DNA of 64,000 nucleotides, from contig OZ024741.1 of NCBI GenBank assembly GCA_964016885.1, positions 144,584,001 to 144,648,000 of the forward strand, read 5' to 3'. The stretch comes from Eledone cirrhosa (Eukaryota). Positions 37,016 through 50,676 of this stretch are shown in pieces. Below the pieces are notes generated by a model, which saw nothing but the letters and a program-made list of their open reading frames with translations, was not told the DNA's origin and ran no database searches. The position numbers were made by a program, and so were the translations under genes. Each line of letters starts with the position of its first letter. The first letter of the stretch is position 1.

Positions 37016-37104
37016 TATATATATATAACAAAGGAAATGTGGTAAGGAACCAGGTGGACCATAACGCACCAAAGTACTCAATACTTAGGGTAGTAGAGTG
37101 GGTA

Positions 37105-37239
37105 ATAGGAATGAGTAGGACCCCGACTGCTGAGCTCAAGCCGTTTCGACGGCTAATTCTGGACTAAAAATCATTTTTAGTCCAGAATTAGCCATCGAAA
37201 CGGCTTGAGCTCAGCCGTCGGGGTCCTACTCGTTCCTAT
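37105..37239. repeat. 135-bp near-perfect palindrome (67-bp arms, 3 mismatches, 1-nt centre)
   Basis: ataggaatgagtaggacccc...ggactaaaaat c atttttagtcc...ggggtcctactcgttcctat. Confidence 0.95.
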
Positions 37240-37544
37240 ATATATATAATATATATATAATTATAAAATAACAGGAGGCTGGACTGGTGTAATTCCTTAA
37301 AGGTTTATTATACTATGAACATTTCAATGACCGGGTCCAGTATGAATCCGGTAACATCATCAGGTATTCCGAAATTTACCAAAGGAATATGATATACACA
37401 ATCCAAGGTGCTGAATAACAGAGAGATGCCCAAGACGAGAAGGCAGCCAAAAAATTAGCAGTTGCCTGTCCGGTTGGCCGCCTTCAAGTGAGGAATCTAC
37501 TTAGTCTTGTCTTGTCGTTCAGGCATACATACATACATATATAT

Positions 37545-37898
37545 ATCATCATCATTTTACGTCCGCTTTTCCCTGCTTGCAAGGGTCAGACGGGAACTGA
37601 TTCTAGCTCGATTTCTACAGCTGGATGCACTTCCTAACACCAACCTCATTTACAGTGAGTGCTGGGTGCTTTTTTTCTGTGGTGCTTACATGTCCACTTT
37701 ACAGTGTGGGCTGGGTACTTTTTTTCTGTGGTGCTTACATGTCCACTTTACAGTGTGGGCTGGGTACTTTTTTGCCGTGGCGCCTCCACGACCACTTTGC
37801 AGTGGTATGATAGGGACCCCAGTCCTATCATCTAATTTCTACAGCTGAGTAAACTGGAACAATCTGAAATAAAGTGTCTTGCTCAAGGAAACAACACA
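37545..37898 (-). mobile_element. tRNA-derived SINE lacking its head, with tandemly expanded internal unit
   Basis: Matches the SINE body; the tttacagtg..gctggg unit occurs three times. Confidence 0.85.
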
Positions 37899-37901
37899 TA
37901 C

Positions 37902-37976
<75 letters not shown>

Positions 37977-38111
37977 CATATAAACGTTTATCGTTTTCGG
38001 TACCCCGCCCGATTAACTCACTCGATATGCAAATTAGGCTGCTCAGCCGTTAATATGCATAAGGAAAGTATATACTTTCAGAAGTTCAACCATCTGGCAG
38101 GAAGGTATACA

Positions 38112-38148
38112 TTGCTGACGATAGCTAATAAGCTTGAAACTAGTACAG
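38112..38148 (+). ncRNA. Minimal hammerhead ribozyme motif inside a ~280-bp probable PLE-end remnant (37985-38265)
   Basis: ttg CTGACGA tAGCT aata AGCTt GAAAC ta GTA cag; palindromic ACTAGT helix III. Confidence 0.6.
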
Positions 38149-38428
38149 CATTCCTTTGTCAGTGTTGAACAAATGAGCAACGATGGTTGCTAGAGACTGT
38201 ACGGCTTAATTCGGGATGTTTGTTTATAAACACACCGAGCATTATAATAAATGTTCGGTGAATCCATACGTACATATATATATGTGTGCATGTATGTATA
38301 TATATATACATACTACTGTACGTCTGTATACCTATATGTATATACGTATACATACTTATATTTATATATATATATACATATAATATATATATAAAATGTG
38401 TGTGTGTATATATATATAATATATAAAA

Positions 38429-38483
<55 letters not shown>

Positions 38484-38974
38484 TAAAATGTGTGTGTGTA
38501 TATATATATATATGAGTATTGATATAAAAGCAAAACCTTCTTTTCAGAACTGATTCATTACAAATAATTTCCCCCATAACTCATTGTTAGGCAGCCATTT
38601 CCCTATTTTGAAGTTTCTAATGAAATCAAGATTTCTGAAGCAATCTTATTGCATCACTCCTCAGTGGCACATTGATTACCAATTGATTGATTATATTAAT
38701 ACGCCACCTATCAGCTTCAGGGCAAACACTCTACACAAATCATATTTATTAATTTTGAACAATTTCTCTTTCCAATACTAAATCCATAGGTGGCAACCCA
38801 CCCTTCATTATTTGTTTTTTTTTTGTTTATTTGATTATTATTTAGATTGTTTTTTTTACATTGTTTAGGGAGGTGGGTGGGGGGGTGGGGCCTTATCAAA
38901 GAAAGATGCATTTTGTTACATTTACTGAACTGTAGTTTCTCTACTTTGTGATGATTACACACACACACATATAC

Positions 38975-39013
<39 letters not shown>

Positions 39014-40221
39014 TACACATATACATATGTGTGTGTATATATATATATATATCATCATCATCATCATCGTTTAACGTCCATCTTCCACGCTAGCATGGGT
39101 TTATATATATATATATGCGTGTGTGTATATATGTATATATATATATATATGTGTGTGTCTGTATACATATATAAGCATGCACTCCACCCTGTATTGTTGT
39201 CATGCTGGAGCTACAACAAAAATCATCCTGTCCAAGCAGTAAGGTGGTTGTGTTAGTGCCACAACAAAAGCTCCCAGGACATGGTGTAATGGGCATCCAG
39301 TCATAGAAAACCAAGCCCAAATCAGATCATATGAGCATGATGTGGTCACATGATTTCTTTTGCATCATAATGAAACAACCCATCTAACCCATGCAAGCAT
39401 GGAAAATAGATGTCAAACTAAGCCGGTTTGTGCAGCTCCACATGCAAATGAGGTTAATCAGCCCATCTACATAGGCGAAAAACTATATATTTTTGCCTGT
39501 CTCAAATTCCAGCAGAGAGCAGCGGAAACACAGTCCTGATTCCAGAAGCGTGTCGGCAGTTGTTCCTGCTACTTCTGCTGGAATCTGCTAGACAGTACTA
39601 GCCATCAACTTTTCAATATTCATAGCTAGAAGGCTTTCCATATGTCTGTTTGTAAACATACCATATATCATTAGATATACTATACGAAATTCATATATAT
39701 ATATATAAAGTAAATGTGTTGAGAGACTACGGACTGCATATAATGAAGAGGTTCGGTTAGGTAATCCTGAACTCAGCTTAAATATTGTAAAGGGAGATAA
39801 CTATAAAAAACAAAAACGAAGGGGAGGCAACTTGTACAAGTAGCCCAAGAGTTGAATGGTTGAAGAAAATTAATTCAGTTAATCCAGTCTATACCATATT
39901 TCAGATTGAAGTTTGGTTCATGAGGACAGCGGCTAGATCATTGATGTGGGCTTTTAAGCAGCATTTCTCTGAATCCAGTTGCAAGAGTATATTCTGAGTT
40001 ATATAGCTGCCAAAATTTGTCCCATTGACATAGGGGTGGACTTTTCTGAAAAATCTATTGAGACAAGTCAGGTCAGATGTCCATGTCTTGCTCATACAGA
40101 ACTGATTTGGGCCTGGTTTCTACAGCTGGACGCCCTTCTTAATATCAACCAACTGTATATGTGTGTGCGCACATATGCATCTTTACAAACTACGTATGAA
40201 TGGATGTATATATGTACTCAC

Positions 40222-40304
40222 CTCAACCCATTCTGTAGAGCCAATAAGACCCTGTTCTTCCCCTCCCCAAGAACAAAATACAATTGTTCTTCTTGGTTGC
40301 CAGC
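40222..40304 (-). CDS. GCPII/NAALADase-like exon (83 bp): [28 protein letters not shown]
   Basis: ttttag| and |gtgagt; catalytic EE pair (E424/E425 equivalents). Confidence 0.96.
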
Positions 40305-40422
40305 CTAAAAGATAAGATGAAAATAAATTTAAAGAGAAAAAAAAAGAAAAAAAAAACATCAACACTTAATAAATAAATAAAAACACTCAAACAAAAAATA
40401 TTATAACACATGCAAAAGTTGA

Positions 40423-40637
40423 TTAACTCTTAATATCCTATACCACATGAAACCGCATTAACAAGTCTTTCTTGAAATATACATACATATACATCACATT
40501 AAAAAATAATTTTTACTAAAACAATGTAAATTTTTACTATGATCTGTACATTAGGGAAAGATATTATAAATGTTTGAATTAACAAACCCATTTTTATATA
40601 TATTCTACTAAATCATATACTGGATATTAAGAGTTAT
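40423..40637. mobile_element. TTAA-type MITE family 2 (partial copies end at ~16913 and ~42805)
   Basis: TIR ctcttaatatcc / ggatattaagag flanked by ttaa and ttat. Confidence 0.65.
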
Positions 40638-41025
40638 AATTTGCAGTAAGACTGAGAAGAAACTACTTCAGAGGGCGATTCAGCATACCAAATAGAAACT
40701 GCATTATAATTAATTTTAGAACAATAGGTAATAGAGGCAAGGTAGAGTGAGATATGTCTTATACAATCTCTGGTTGGTTCCATTTACCATATGTAATGAT
40801 TTCATTACACTTTCATCTTAACTCTTTCATTACCATATTTCTAATTACAGACACTGCTTATGATTTTCAAATAAATTTGAAAATAATGAAAAATTTAGCA
40901 AGATTTAGTAAAATAATTAACTTTCTCGTGATCAAGCTAGTGTTTGGAACATAATTTAAAAAAGGTTCTTAAATAAAATTACGATAGAAGTTTTTTAGAT
41001 AAATATATGCATTTTGATTAATATA

Positions 41026-42363
41026 TACATTTAGCATACAGGTTGGTGTCCACCAGGGCTCTGTTCTTAGCCCTCTCCTGTTTATTATCGTATTGCAGGC
41101 TATAACAGAGGAGTTTAAGACCAGATGCCCATGGGAACTTCTGTACGCAGATGATCTTACACTTATAGTTGAATCTATGGTGGAACTAGAGAAAAAATTC
41201 CAAATATGGAAGCAGGGACTATAAAGAAGGGGTCTGAAAGTCAACCTGACAAAGACTAAGGTCCTCGTAAGTAGACGAGAAAACAGAACCCAGATCCCCT
41301 CAGGGAAATGGCCTTGCTCAGTATGTAGGAAAGATGTAGGTAGTAATTCCATCCTTTGTCCCAAATGCAAACTATAGGTACACAAGAGATGTAGGTGGGT
41401 TCTCAGGAAGTTTAGTTAAGTATGTAGGCTTTACATGTAGGGGTTGCACTGGGATAGTTAACAGAAAATGGCCACAGGAAACAAGCACTATCAAACTCTG
41501 GGAGGGCTCTGTAGAAACAGTAGACAGCTTCTGTTACCTAGGTGACCGAATTAGCAGAGGAGGTGGGTGTTCTGAAAGTACAGTAACCAGGGTAAGAATG
41601 GGATGGAAGAAGTTCAGGGAGCTACTACCACTGCTAGCTGTGAAAGACTTTTCTCTCAAAATGAAAGGCTGACTATATGATGTGTGCATATGAACAGCAA
41701 TGTTATATGGTAGTGAGACCTGGGCGTTGTGTGTAGAAAACTTGTGTAGATTAGAAAGAAATGAAGCTTGCATGCTCTGATGGATGTGCAATAATAATAT
41801 ACGCAAACGGCAAAGCATAAATGAGAGAGAGACTAAGCATAAGAGGAATCAAATGCTGTGTGCAAAAGAGGAGGTTGTGTTGGCATGGATATGTGATGCG
41901 TATGAAGGATGACAGCTGCATAAAAAGATGCAGAGCACTAAAAGTCGATGGAAGCCTTGGAGTGGGGAGACCCAAGAAGACCTGGGATGAGGTCATAAAA
42001 GCTGACCTTGCCCAATTGCACCTCTCAAAGGCGATGACACAGGACCAAGACCTATGGCGTTACACAGTTATACAGAAGACCCGACTTCCCACGGGTACAA
42101 GCCGAAGCTGAAGCCTACAGACAATATGCCCGCACCCCCTCCCACTGTAAAGTGGTCATGTAGGTGTCGTGACAAAAATCATCCAGTCCACACTGTAAAT
42201 GAGGTTGGTGTTAGGAAGGGCATCCAGCTGTAGAAATCAAGCCAAAATCAGTTCCGTATGTGCAAGACATGGTCACCTGACCTGGCATTGCCCACAACAG
42301 GACAACCCGTCAAACCCATGCTAGTGTGGAAGAATGGATGTAAAATGATGATGATGATGATGA
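41026..42363 (+). mobile_element. RTE-clade LINE 3' fragment (same subfamily as 27061-29097)
   Basis: GVHQGSVLSPLLF, LYADD, PHD region, 3'UTR, (GAT)n; several stops. Confidence 0.93.
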
Positions 42364-44489
42364 TATACAATTTAGCAGCTTTGTATCATGGAACCAGGGT
42401 CAGTTTCAGGTGGTTTGGTATCAAAAGTAGATACCACAAAATATTTTCTCTAAATGCTCTAACAATTCTGTGGTCAAATAAAATACTTCCACCCCAAGCA
42501 ACATATTCTCTTTATTCTTCAGTGTCAGATGAAGGGCCAAACCCAAAACCTTAGATTCTATACTACACACAGCGATGGAACTTATCAAGCTCTTTTATTG
42601 ATTAAATTTTAGCATCCTGTAGCAAGTATTGTTGAAAATGACAAAACAGTACTATGACTACATCACATTAAGTATTAAAGTCCTTAGTCTAATACTTCAA
42701 ATTTTCACAATGATCTGCTCATCAGTAAAGTTACTATAATCATTTGAATTAGCAAACCTTTTTAGATATTTTCTACTAAACCATTACAAGATGTTAAGAG
42801 TTATATGTTGATGAAACAGACCACCACCAGTTTTCTTGGATTTCTGATTTTAGCCACATATTCTGCTGCTCAACCACTTTAATACAACAAGCATTTTATG
42901 GCTATTTTCCCAGCTAAGGCAGAGATTATTTTTGTTGGACTCATGATAAGCTTCTCCACTTTATACAATCATCTGCATTCCTACCTCACCAATCTTCAGT
43001 TCTTCCTACATCATCCCCAGACATGTCTTGGTCTTCCCCTTCCTCTATTTCCTTCCACACTCACCCCCACCCCCACTCAATTTCATTCTTCCTTAACACA
43101 TGGCCCAGCCATCTCATTCCATCTCTTTTCACACCATTCCTCATTGACACTATTCTTATCATATGCAATTAACAACAACAATAATTTCTTTTAGTGATAG
43201 TAATAATGGTTAATTTTTTTTTCAATCAGCCATAGTGGCTGACCATAATCAACTTTAGTCCATCTCAAAAGTTGAAATAGTTAACTTAAAAAATAAAAAA
43301 CATTGTCTGTCCACAAATCACATTGAAATAACAAATTGAGATAGAATGCCAAAAAAAAAGTACACTAAAAGAAGCAGCAGAGAGAATGGTGGAGGGTTAA
43401 AGTGACAACAAAACAACAATAACAAATAAGTGAGAAATAGCAACCAAAACAAAAGGAAAGAACAAACTAGAAATAAAATTTGAAGTAATAGATTTCTATA
43501 TATTTCTTCCAGGAAACAGTAAGATTTTTGCCATGCAATGAATCATATTGATAGCAATAAATATCTTTGTAATAAGAACCATTGTTTGTCTTAATGTTAA
43601 ATGATACTAATTAAGAAGAGATCTGGAAGATACAAAGTATTTATTATCTAACACAATGTCAAGTAGTGGAGATGGGTGTTTCAGACATTACAGAACTTTT
43701 ATATAAGATTATCATCATTATCATCATCATCATCATCATCATAATCTTCTTTTGTTTCCTCCTTCTTAAGTTTTAAAACCATTTCTTCTGTTAGAACATG
43801 GGTTAGCTTTTGAGCCCAAATAGGGTCCTTTTTATAGCAATATTTTACAGCCAGATGGTGTTTCTGGCACCGCCCTATTAGCTATCTCTTACAATATGCA
43901 GGGATACTGTGTATTTATTCACAGTAAATGTCTTAGGGATATCTTAAGCTTGCTGATGTGAAGGGTTGATCAGCTTTGATTTTTATTTCTTCAAGGTGAT
44001 GTAATGATAATTTTGTAATTAAGGACATATCATCATTTAATATCCACTTTTTCTGCTAGCCAGAGTTGGGCAGGTCATCACCAGACCAGATCAGTATTCA
44101 TGCTGAGTAAATAGCCTCTCAGAAAGATTGGGAGCCTGCATATCACATATGATCCCACGTTCACAGGTGTACATTTTATCATGGCAGGTGGTGGTGGTGG
44201 TGGTGGGGGTTCATGTCTTTAACACAGCTAAAGAGTCCTTCTAATCTTTTCTTTGGCAAATTTTCTGTGGTTGGATGCCCTTCCTATCATTAACCACTTT
44301 ACAGAGTGTACTGGGTGCATTTATTGTGTAGCTCATCAATAAGGTTGTCATGCCTCCAACACAACAGCAGAGCCCTTTCAACCCAATTTTGGCATGATTT
44401 GGCATTTAGACAGGTACATAATAATTTCTGGTAACACCTAAAAACAAAGAATAATAAAGAGAATTTATAAAGTAAGGAATTACATTTAC

Positions 44490-44609
44490 CTTGCATTGCC
44501 AACTTTCCAAGAACTCTTGTAATTTCTGTCAATGATGCAGCCCCAGATAATGGGTCTACTGCACTATAAACCCAAGAATCATGGTGATTTCCCATTATAA
44601 CATACCGAT
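44490..44609 (-). CDS. GCPII/NAALADase-like exon (120 bp): [41 protein letters not shown]
   Basis: ttttag| and |gtaaat; carries the zinc ligands equivalent to GCPII H377 and D387. Confidence 0.95.
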
Positions 44610-45296
44610 CTAAAAGAAAGCAGAAGCAGCAGATATATAAACAATTCTTTGAAATATAACAACTTATGTTTATTTTTTTATAAGTTATATAAGGTCTGTT
44701 CACAAACATAAAAAAATCATAACTATAATTTTAAAGAAATAAAGATAAAGTTGACATTCCAAAGAGCATTCTCTACATCCAACTAATTTATCCTCAGCTT
44801 CTGGGTCCTGGCCGACAGGATGGAGAATACATTGACCTGGAGGATGACTAGGGTGACACACTGGAACAGTCACACCACGTGATGGAGCTCACACCTGTGG
44901 GTGGCCAACTCTGCTCTGATAGCAGTGACTAGGTATGGGGTTTGGGGGCCAACAAATGTCAGGAATCTCCACTGCTATAGGTTCTACCAAAAACCTATCA
45001 GAGAGTGGCCAATACTTGGTGGGCAGCAGAGCTTGCCTAGTAACTGAATGCACCAAGTTGCCACTAGAGTAGGTGTCACAGCATTGTGGCATCACAGATG
45101 AAGGGCCTACCGCCACAGAAAGGGAAGATTGTGATGCCATCTGGCTTTTTGCTACTCCCCAGTCCAACCCCACTGGCTTGAGCTGGGAAGGGAAGCAGCA
45201 CTGTCCAGGCCATGCTTTATGATCTCATTGAGAGCAGCATATACATGTATATATATATATATATATATCATCATCATCATCATTTTAGGTTACACC

Positions 45297-45327
<31 letters not shown>

Positions 45328-45392
45328 CTCTAACACATCTATCACTTTGCTGGTCAAAGCCTATGTCTTTCTTATATCCCCAAAATATAGAT

Positions 45393-45689
45393 ATCATCAT
45401 TTCATTTTACATCCGCTTTTCCCTGCTTGCAAGGGTGGGACGGGAACTGATTCTGGATGCCCTTCCTAACACCAACCTCATTTACAGTGAGTGCTGGGTG
45501 ACCCCCTGCCGTGGCACCTCCACGACCACTTTGCAGTCCCTATCATCTCATTTCTACAGCTGAGTAAACTGGAGCAATGTGAAATAAAGTGTCTTGCTCA
45601 AGGAAACAACACATCACCCGGTCTGAGAATTGAACTCACAACCTTTCGATTGCAAGGCCAATGATCTAACCACTAACCCATGTGCCTCC
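45393..45689 (-). mobile_element. tRNA-derived SINE with small internal deletions
   Basis: Reverse complement of 2183-2513. Confidence 0.88.
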
Positions 45690-45707
45690 ATATATATATA
45701 TATATAT

Positions 45708-46092
45708 TTATGTAATAAACAACATAAGGCAATTATTTCATTTACCAGTGGTTTCTTAAAAGCAAATAAATTTTGCTTTCAATCATCAGAATGAACAAAT
45801 TCTGGTGTATTTATTGACATTGGATTTTAAAAACAAAAATATAATCTATATGAAAGTGAGGCTGGAAAAGGAAGAAGGAAAGGAAAAATAAACACACATG
45901 CACACACACACACACACAATTACATACACACACATATATACATACGCATATATATACACATACATACACACACACACACACATATATGTATATATATACA
46001 TACACATACATATACACATACACACATATATATCATCATATCCATACATACACATACACACAAATACACAAACACGCACACACACACACACA

Positions 46093-46134
<42 letters not shown>

Positions 46135-46627
46135 CACATACATACACACAATCATACATATATACACACGTACATACACACACATACATACACCCATATA
46201 TACACGCATACATACGCATGCACAAATATAGATATATGTACACACACACCTACATACGCACACACACAAATAATTCTAAGAAAAAATATAATAATAAAAA
46301 TACCGTCACATAAGAATAAAAATGAATGTAAAAATTATTATAAAGTTGATAGCGATACAGGCAACAAATAAATGAACAAACGCACGTGGTAAGCAATACA
46401 CACAATTGCACATATACATACATACATAAAAATAAATACATACACACACACACATACATATACATATACACATACACATATACATACACACACATATATA
46501 CATATATATATATATACACATATATATACATACATATACACAAACACATACATACAAATACATACACAAACATATGTATGTGTAAAACTCATTCTTAGAT
46601 GTATTCATATGAACCTTGTTTAACTCT

Positions 46628-46669
<42 letters not shown>

Positions 46670-46931
46670 TATACATACACACACACATATATATGCACAT
46701 ACATATACATACATACACACATATATATATATATATGAAAATACATAAATATTATATATATATAAAAATAAAAAGTTGGGAATACGACAAATAATAAATA
46801 AATAAATAATTAGAAAAGGGTATAAATGTTTATAGCTGATTTAGAGCACTCAACAAGTTCCTGGAGCAAATGATCAATGAAAATAAGCATTAAATCACTG
46901 TATGCAATTATGCATATACACACACACATAC

Positions 46932-46980
<49 letters not shown>

Positions 46981-47132
46981 ACCATACAAATACACACACT
47001 ATACATACATATAGGAAAAAGTATGACCCCACGGCAGAGCTCAAGCTCTTTCTGAGGTTATTATATATATACACACATAAACAATTCTATAAAAATACAC
47101 ACACACAAATATACACACGCACACACAGACAC

Positions 47133-47188
<56 letters not shown>

Positions 47189-47241
47189 CACACACACAAA
47201 TACAACAGAAGCATATAAAATACAATTATATACACACATAC

Positions 47242-47304
<63 letters not shown>

Positions 47305-48903
47305 TACACAAAGACGCAACACACACACACACAAATAAATATCTAAAAATAAAAAATGGTGGGTATGTGAAGAGTAAGGTAGAAAGTAGGGGGGGGGGAA
47401 TAAGGAAAATAAATGACATAGGAAAAGTTTAAATATAAGGGGAGATAAGGGAGAAAAAGAATATAAGAGTACAGAAAGTGAATTCAGAAGGTAAAAAAAT
47501 CGTAGTGGATGTAAGGCGTAGAGAGCAGAGAAGAAGTTCAAGGTGGTTGAGTTATCGTAGGAATGTCAATCCAGTTACAGATCAGATGTGATTTCAGGTG
47601 AGGACAACATCTGAAGATCTCGGTCTTGGAGTTCAGGCAAGTTGAAGAGGCTTTCAAGTTTTGTAAAATCCTAAATTTTTCAGTGGTACACAAAGAACAA
47701 TTTTTTGTGCCACTTTGGTACTCCCTCGAATGGTCTAAAATAGACCAATCGATAGATTACGGGATGTTTTTATCCTTGAATTCCCACACCTTATTTGCGA
47801 GAGCCGTTGCTGTTCTTTTATCGGAGTGTTTAAAAGAAGCGACATGTGCATAAAATCTGGTTTTAAACCTGTCCTGACTCATGCAAACATATCGTTCACT
47901 CCTGGCTGGTTGGTTGTTAATTAAAGGTGTCACTTTGGCCTCATATACAACGGATTTGGTGTTACATTTGCCCTTTAATGGGCATTCATCCGGCTTCCTG
48001 CAACTGCATCCTGGATTTATTCTCGTACGATTGGAATTAGTGATTTTAGACTTCATTGATGGGCAGCAAGAGTAACTGATTTTAACTACATTTCTATTAA
48101 ATATCTTATAATATTTATGATTAGGAGGTAAATGTTTAGCTAAGAGGTCAAGGAATTTCCTTCTTACATTAGTTTTGATAGTTAGAGAGAAGGGGGGTGT
48201 AAACCAAATAATTTTTCTTTTCCTATTATTGTGGTTAGTTTTAGGGGGGGGGGAAGTAGGTAAATAATTAATTTGTTCTGTAAATCCGCTGTTATTAAGG
48301 GCTTTATTAAAAATATCTAGAGACGAAGATAAGGTAGAAATCCTATGGCTAATGTTAGGAATAAGATTTTTAAAAACTATAGGGGGATGGCAAGACTCTT
48401 TGTGTATATATCTAAGATTTTCGTTAGGTTTATGATAAGGTTTAAAAGAGGCAGGAAGCAGATCAAGATTAATGTCAAGAAAGTTAGCATTGGTAAGGTT
48501 CGTATCTATAGTAATTTTAAGGTTAAGATTAACAAAAGTATTGATTAAATCTTTACGGAATTTATCAAGGTTATGGCCGCTGGTGGTATGAGAAACTGCC
48601 AATCCGTCATCACGGTATAAACCGATATTATGGGAAGGAAATTTCTCTTTGAGGGTGTGGAGAAGGAATAATCGTACTAAGTCACACCCATCCGCACTGT
48701 CATGAACCCATTGAAACATCAAAAGAGTTTTCAGGGTTTGACTTTTTAACCCAAATACTTTCATTAGTAAAGAGTAAAGTTTTTCTAGCATGAAAGATAA
48801 TGTCTTCTAATTTAAAAATATTAATGAAGGGTCTTGCAAAGTCTAAGGCATTAGTTAATAAGGAAACAGTAATAGAGGGGTAAAAATCAACAATATCAAA
48901 TTG
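45708..48903 (-). mobile_element. Penelope-like retroelement (Naiad-like), 5'-truncated: RT and GIY-YIG (48903-47538) plus long microsatellite-rich 3'UTR
   Basis: QFDIVDFYPSI, FDVSMGS, GLYRDDGL, HKESCHPP, RKRKIIWFTPPFS, KIFNRNVVKISYSC, CxC..CPL.G.C...SVVY, RF..H, CSLCTTEK; frameshift near 48702, premature TAA at 47757. Confidence 0.9.
45736..45795 (-). ncRNA. Mirror copy of the type I hammerhead ribozyme (sense to the host gene)
   Basis: Reverse complement ttcatt CTGATGA ttgaaagcaaa..tttgcttttaa GAAACCACTGGTA aatgaa; core intact. Confidence 0.83.
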
Positions 48904-49309
48904 TTCTTTGTGTACCACTGAACAATTTAGGATTTTACAAAACTTGAAAGCCACTTCAACTTGCCTGAACTCCAAGACCGAGATCTTCAGATGTTGTCCT
49001 CACCTGAAATCACATCTGATCTGTAACTGGATTGACATTCCTACGAAAACTCAACCACCTTGAACTTCTTCTCTGCTCTCTACGCCTTACATCCACTACG
49101 ATCTTTTTACCTTCTGAATTCACTTTCTGTACTCTTATATTCTTTTTCTCCCTTATCTCCCCTTATATTTAAACCTTTTCCTATGTCATTTATTTTCCTT
49201 ATTTTCCCCCTACTTTCTACCTTACTCTTCACATACCCACCTTTTTTATTTTTAGATATTTATTTCTGTGTGTGTGTGTGTGTGTGTGTTGCGTATATGT
49301 GTATATATG

Positions 49310-49340
<31 letters not shown>

Positions 49341-49579
49341 GTATGTATATGTATGTGTGTATGTATGTTTATATATATCTGTATGTATATGTATGTGTGT
49401 ATATAATTGTATTTTATATGCTTCTATTGTATTTGTGTGTGTGTGTATATATATATATATAATGTGTGTCTGTGTGCGTGTGTATATTTGTTTGTGTGTA
49501 TTTTATATAATTGTTTATGTGTGTATATATATACGTATATGTATGTATATGTGTGTGTATTTGTATGGTTGTGTGTGTG

Positions 49580-49640
<61 letters not shown>

Positions 49641-49836
49641 GTATGTGTGTGTGTATATGCATAATTACATACAGTGATTTAATGCTAATTTTCATTGATC
49701 ATTTGCTCCAGGAACTTGTTGAGTGCTCTAAATCAGCTATAAACATTTATACCCTTTTCTAATTATTTATTTATTTATTATTTGTCGTATTCCTAACTTT
49801 TTATTTTTATATATATATAATATTTATGTATTTTCT

Positions 49837-49879
<43 letters not shown>

Positions 49880-50610
49880 AGGCATGTATATGTATGTGTA
49901 TATATATGTGTGTGTAAGCGGACAGTACTTGATTTAGGAGTCGCAGAAACCCAAATACTGGATTTTACCAACCTTCCAGGGATCCGGGTAAATTTTCAAT
50001 CACATATATTTTTATTTGTTTGACCCGAATTACTTGGTCGTTTTTTGGGCTGTGCGGATGTTTGTTTAACAATCGTCTCAGTGTGTTTGGCCTTTAACGT
50101 ATGTTGTAGCTCTGGTTCATCTGAATCATCGAGCGCTTGCCACACATCTCGGAAGTTGTTTTTCGTTAATTCCTAAGCCGAAATACGATTCTCGCTAATT
50201 TATATTTATATATATATATATATATTTAAGAGTTAAACAAGGTTCATATGAATACATCTAAGAATGAGTTTTACACACATACATATGTGTGTGTATGTAT
50301 TTGTATGTATGTGTTTGTGTATATGTATGTATATATGTGTGTGTATGTGTATGTATGTGTATATGTATATGTATGTGTATGTGCAATTGTGTGTATTGCT
50401 TACCACGTGTGTTTGTTCATTTATTTGTTGCCTGTAACGCTGTCAACTTTATAATTTTTACATTCATTTTTATTCTTATGTGACGGTATTTTTATTATTA
50501 TATTTTTTCTTATAATTATTTGTGTGTGTGCGTATGTAGGTGTGTGTACATATATCTATATTTGTGCATGCGTGTGTATGTATGTGTGTGTATGTACGTG
50601 TGTATATATG

Positions 50611-50676
<66 letters not shown>

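Noticed and set aside
44790-45240. GC-richer segment, possible extra exon (similar cases at 26242-26500 and 34030-34230)
   Set aside because: The spliced peptidase frame is already complete and no recognisable motif was found; likely decayed repeats.
48695-48705. TGA after FDVSMGS as a possible selenocysteine codon (some Naiads are selenoproteins)
   Set aside because: Homology continues in another frame (HDSADGCDLV), so it is a frameshift; the other stop is TAA; no SECIS could be supported.
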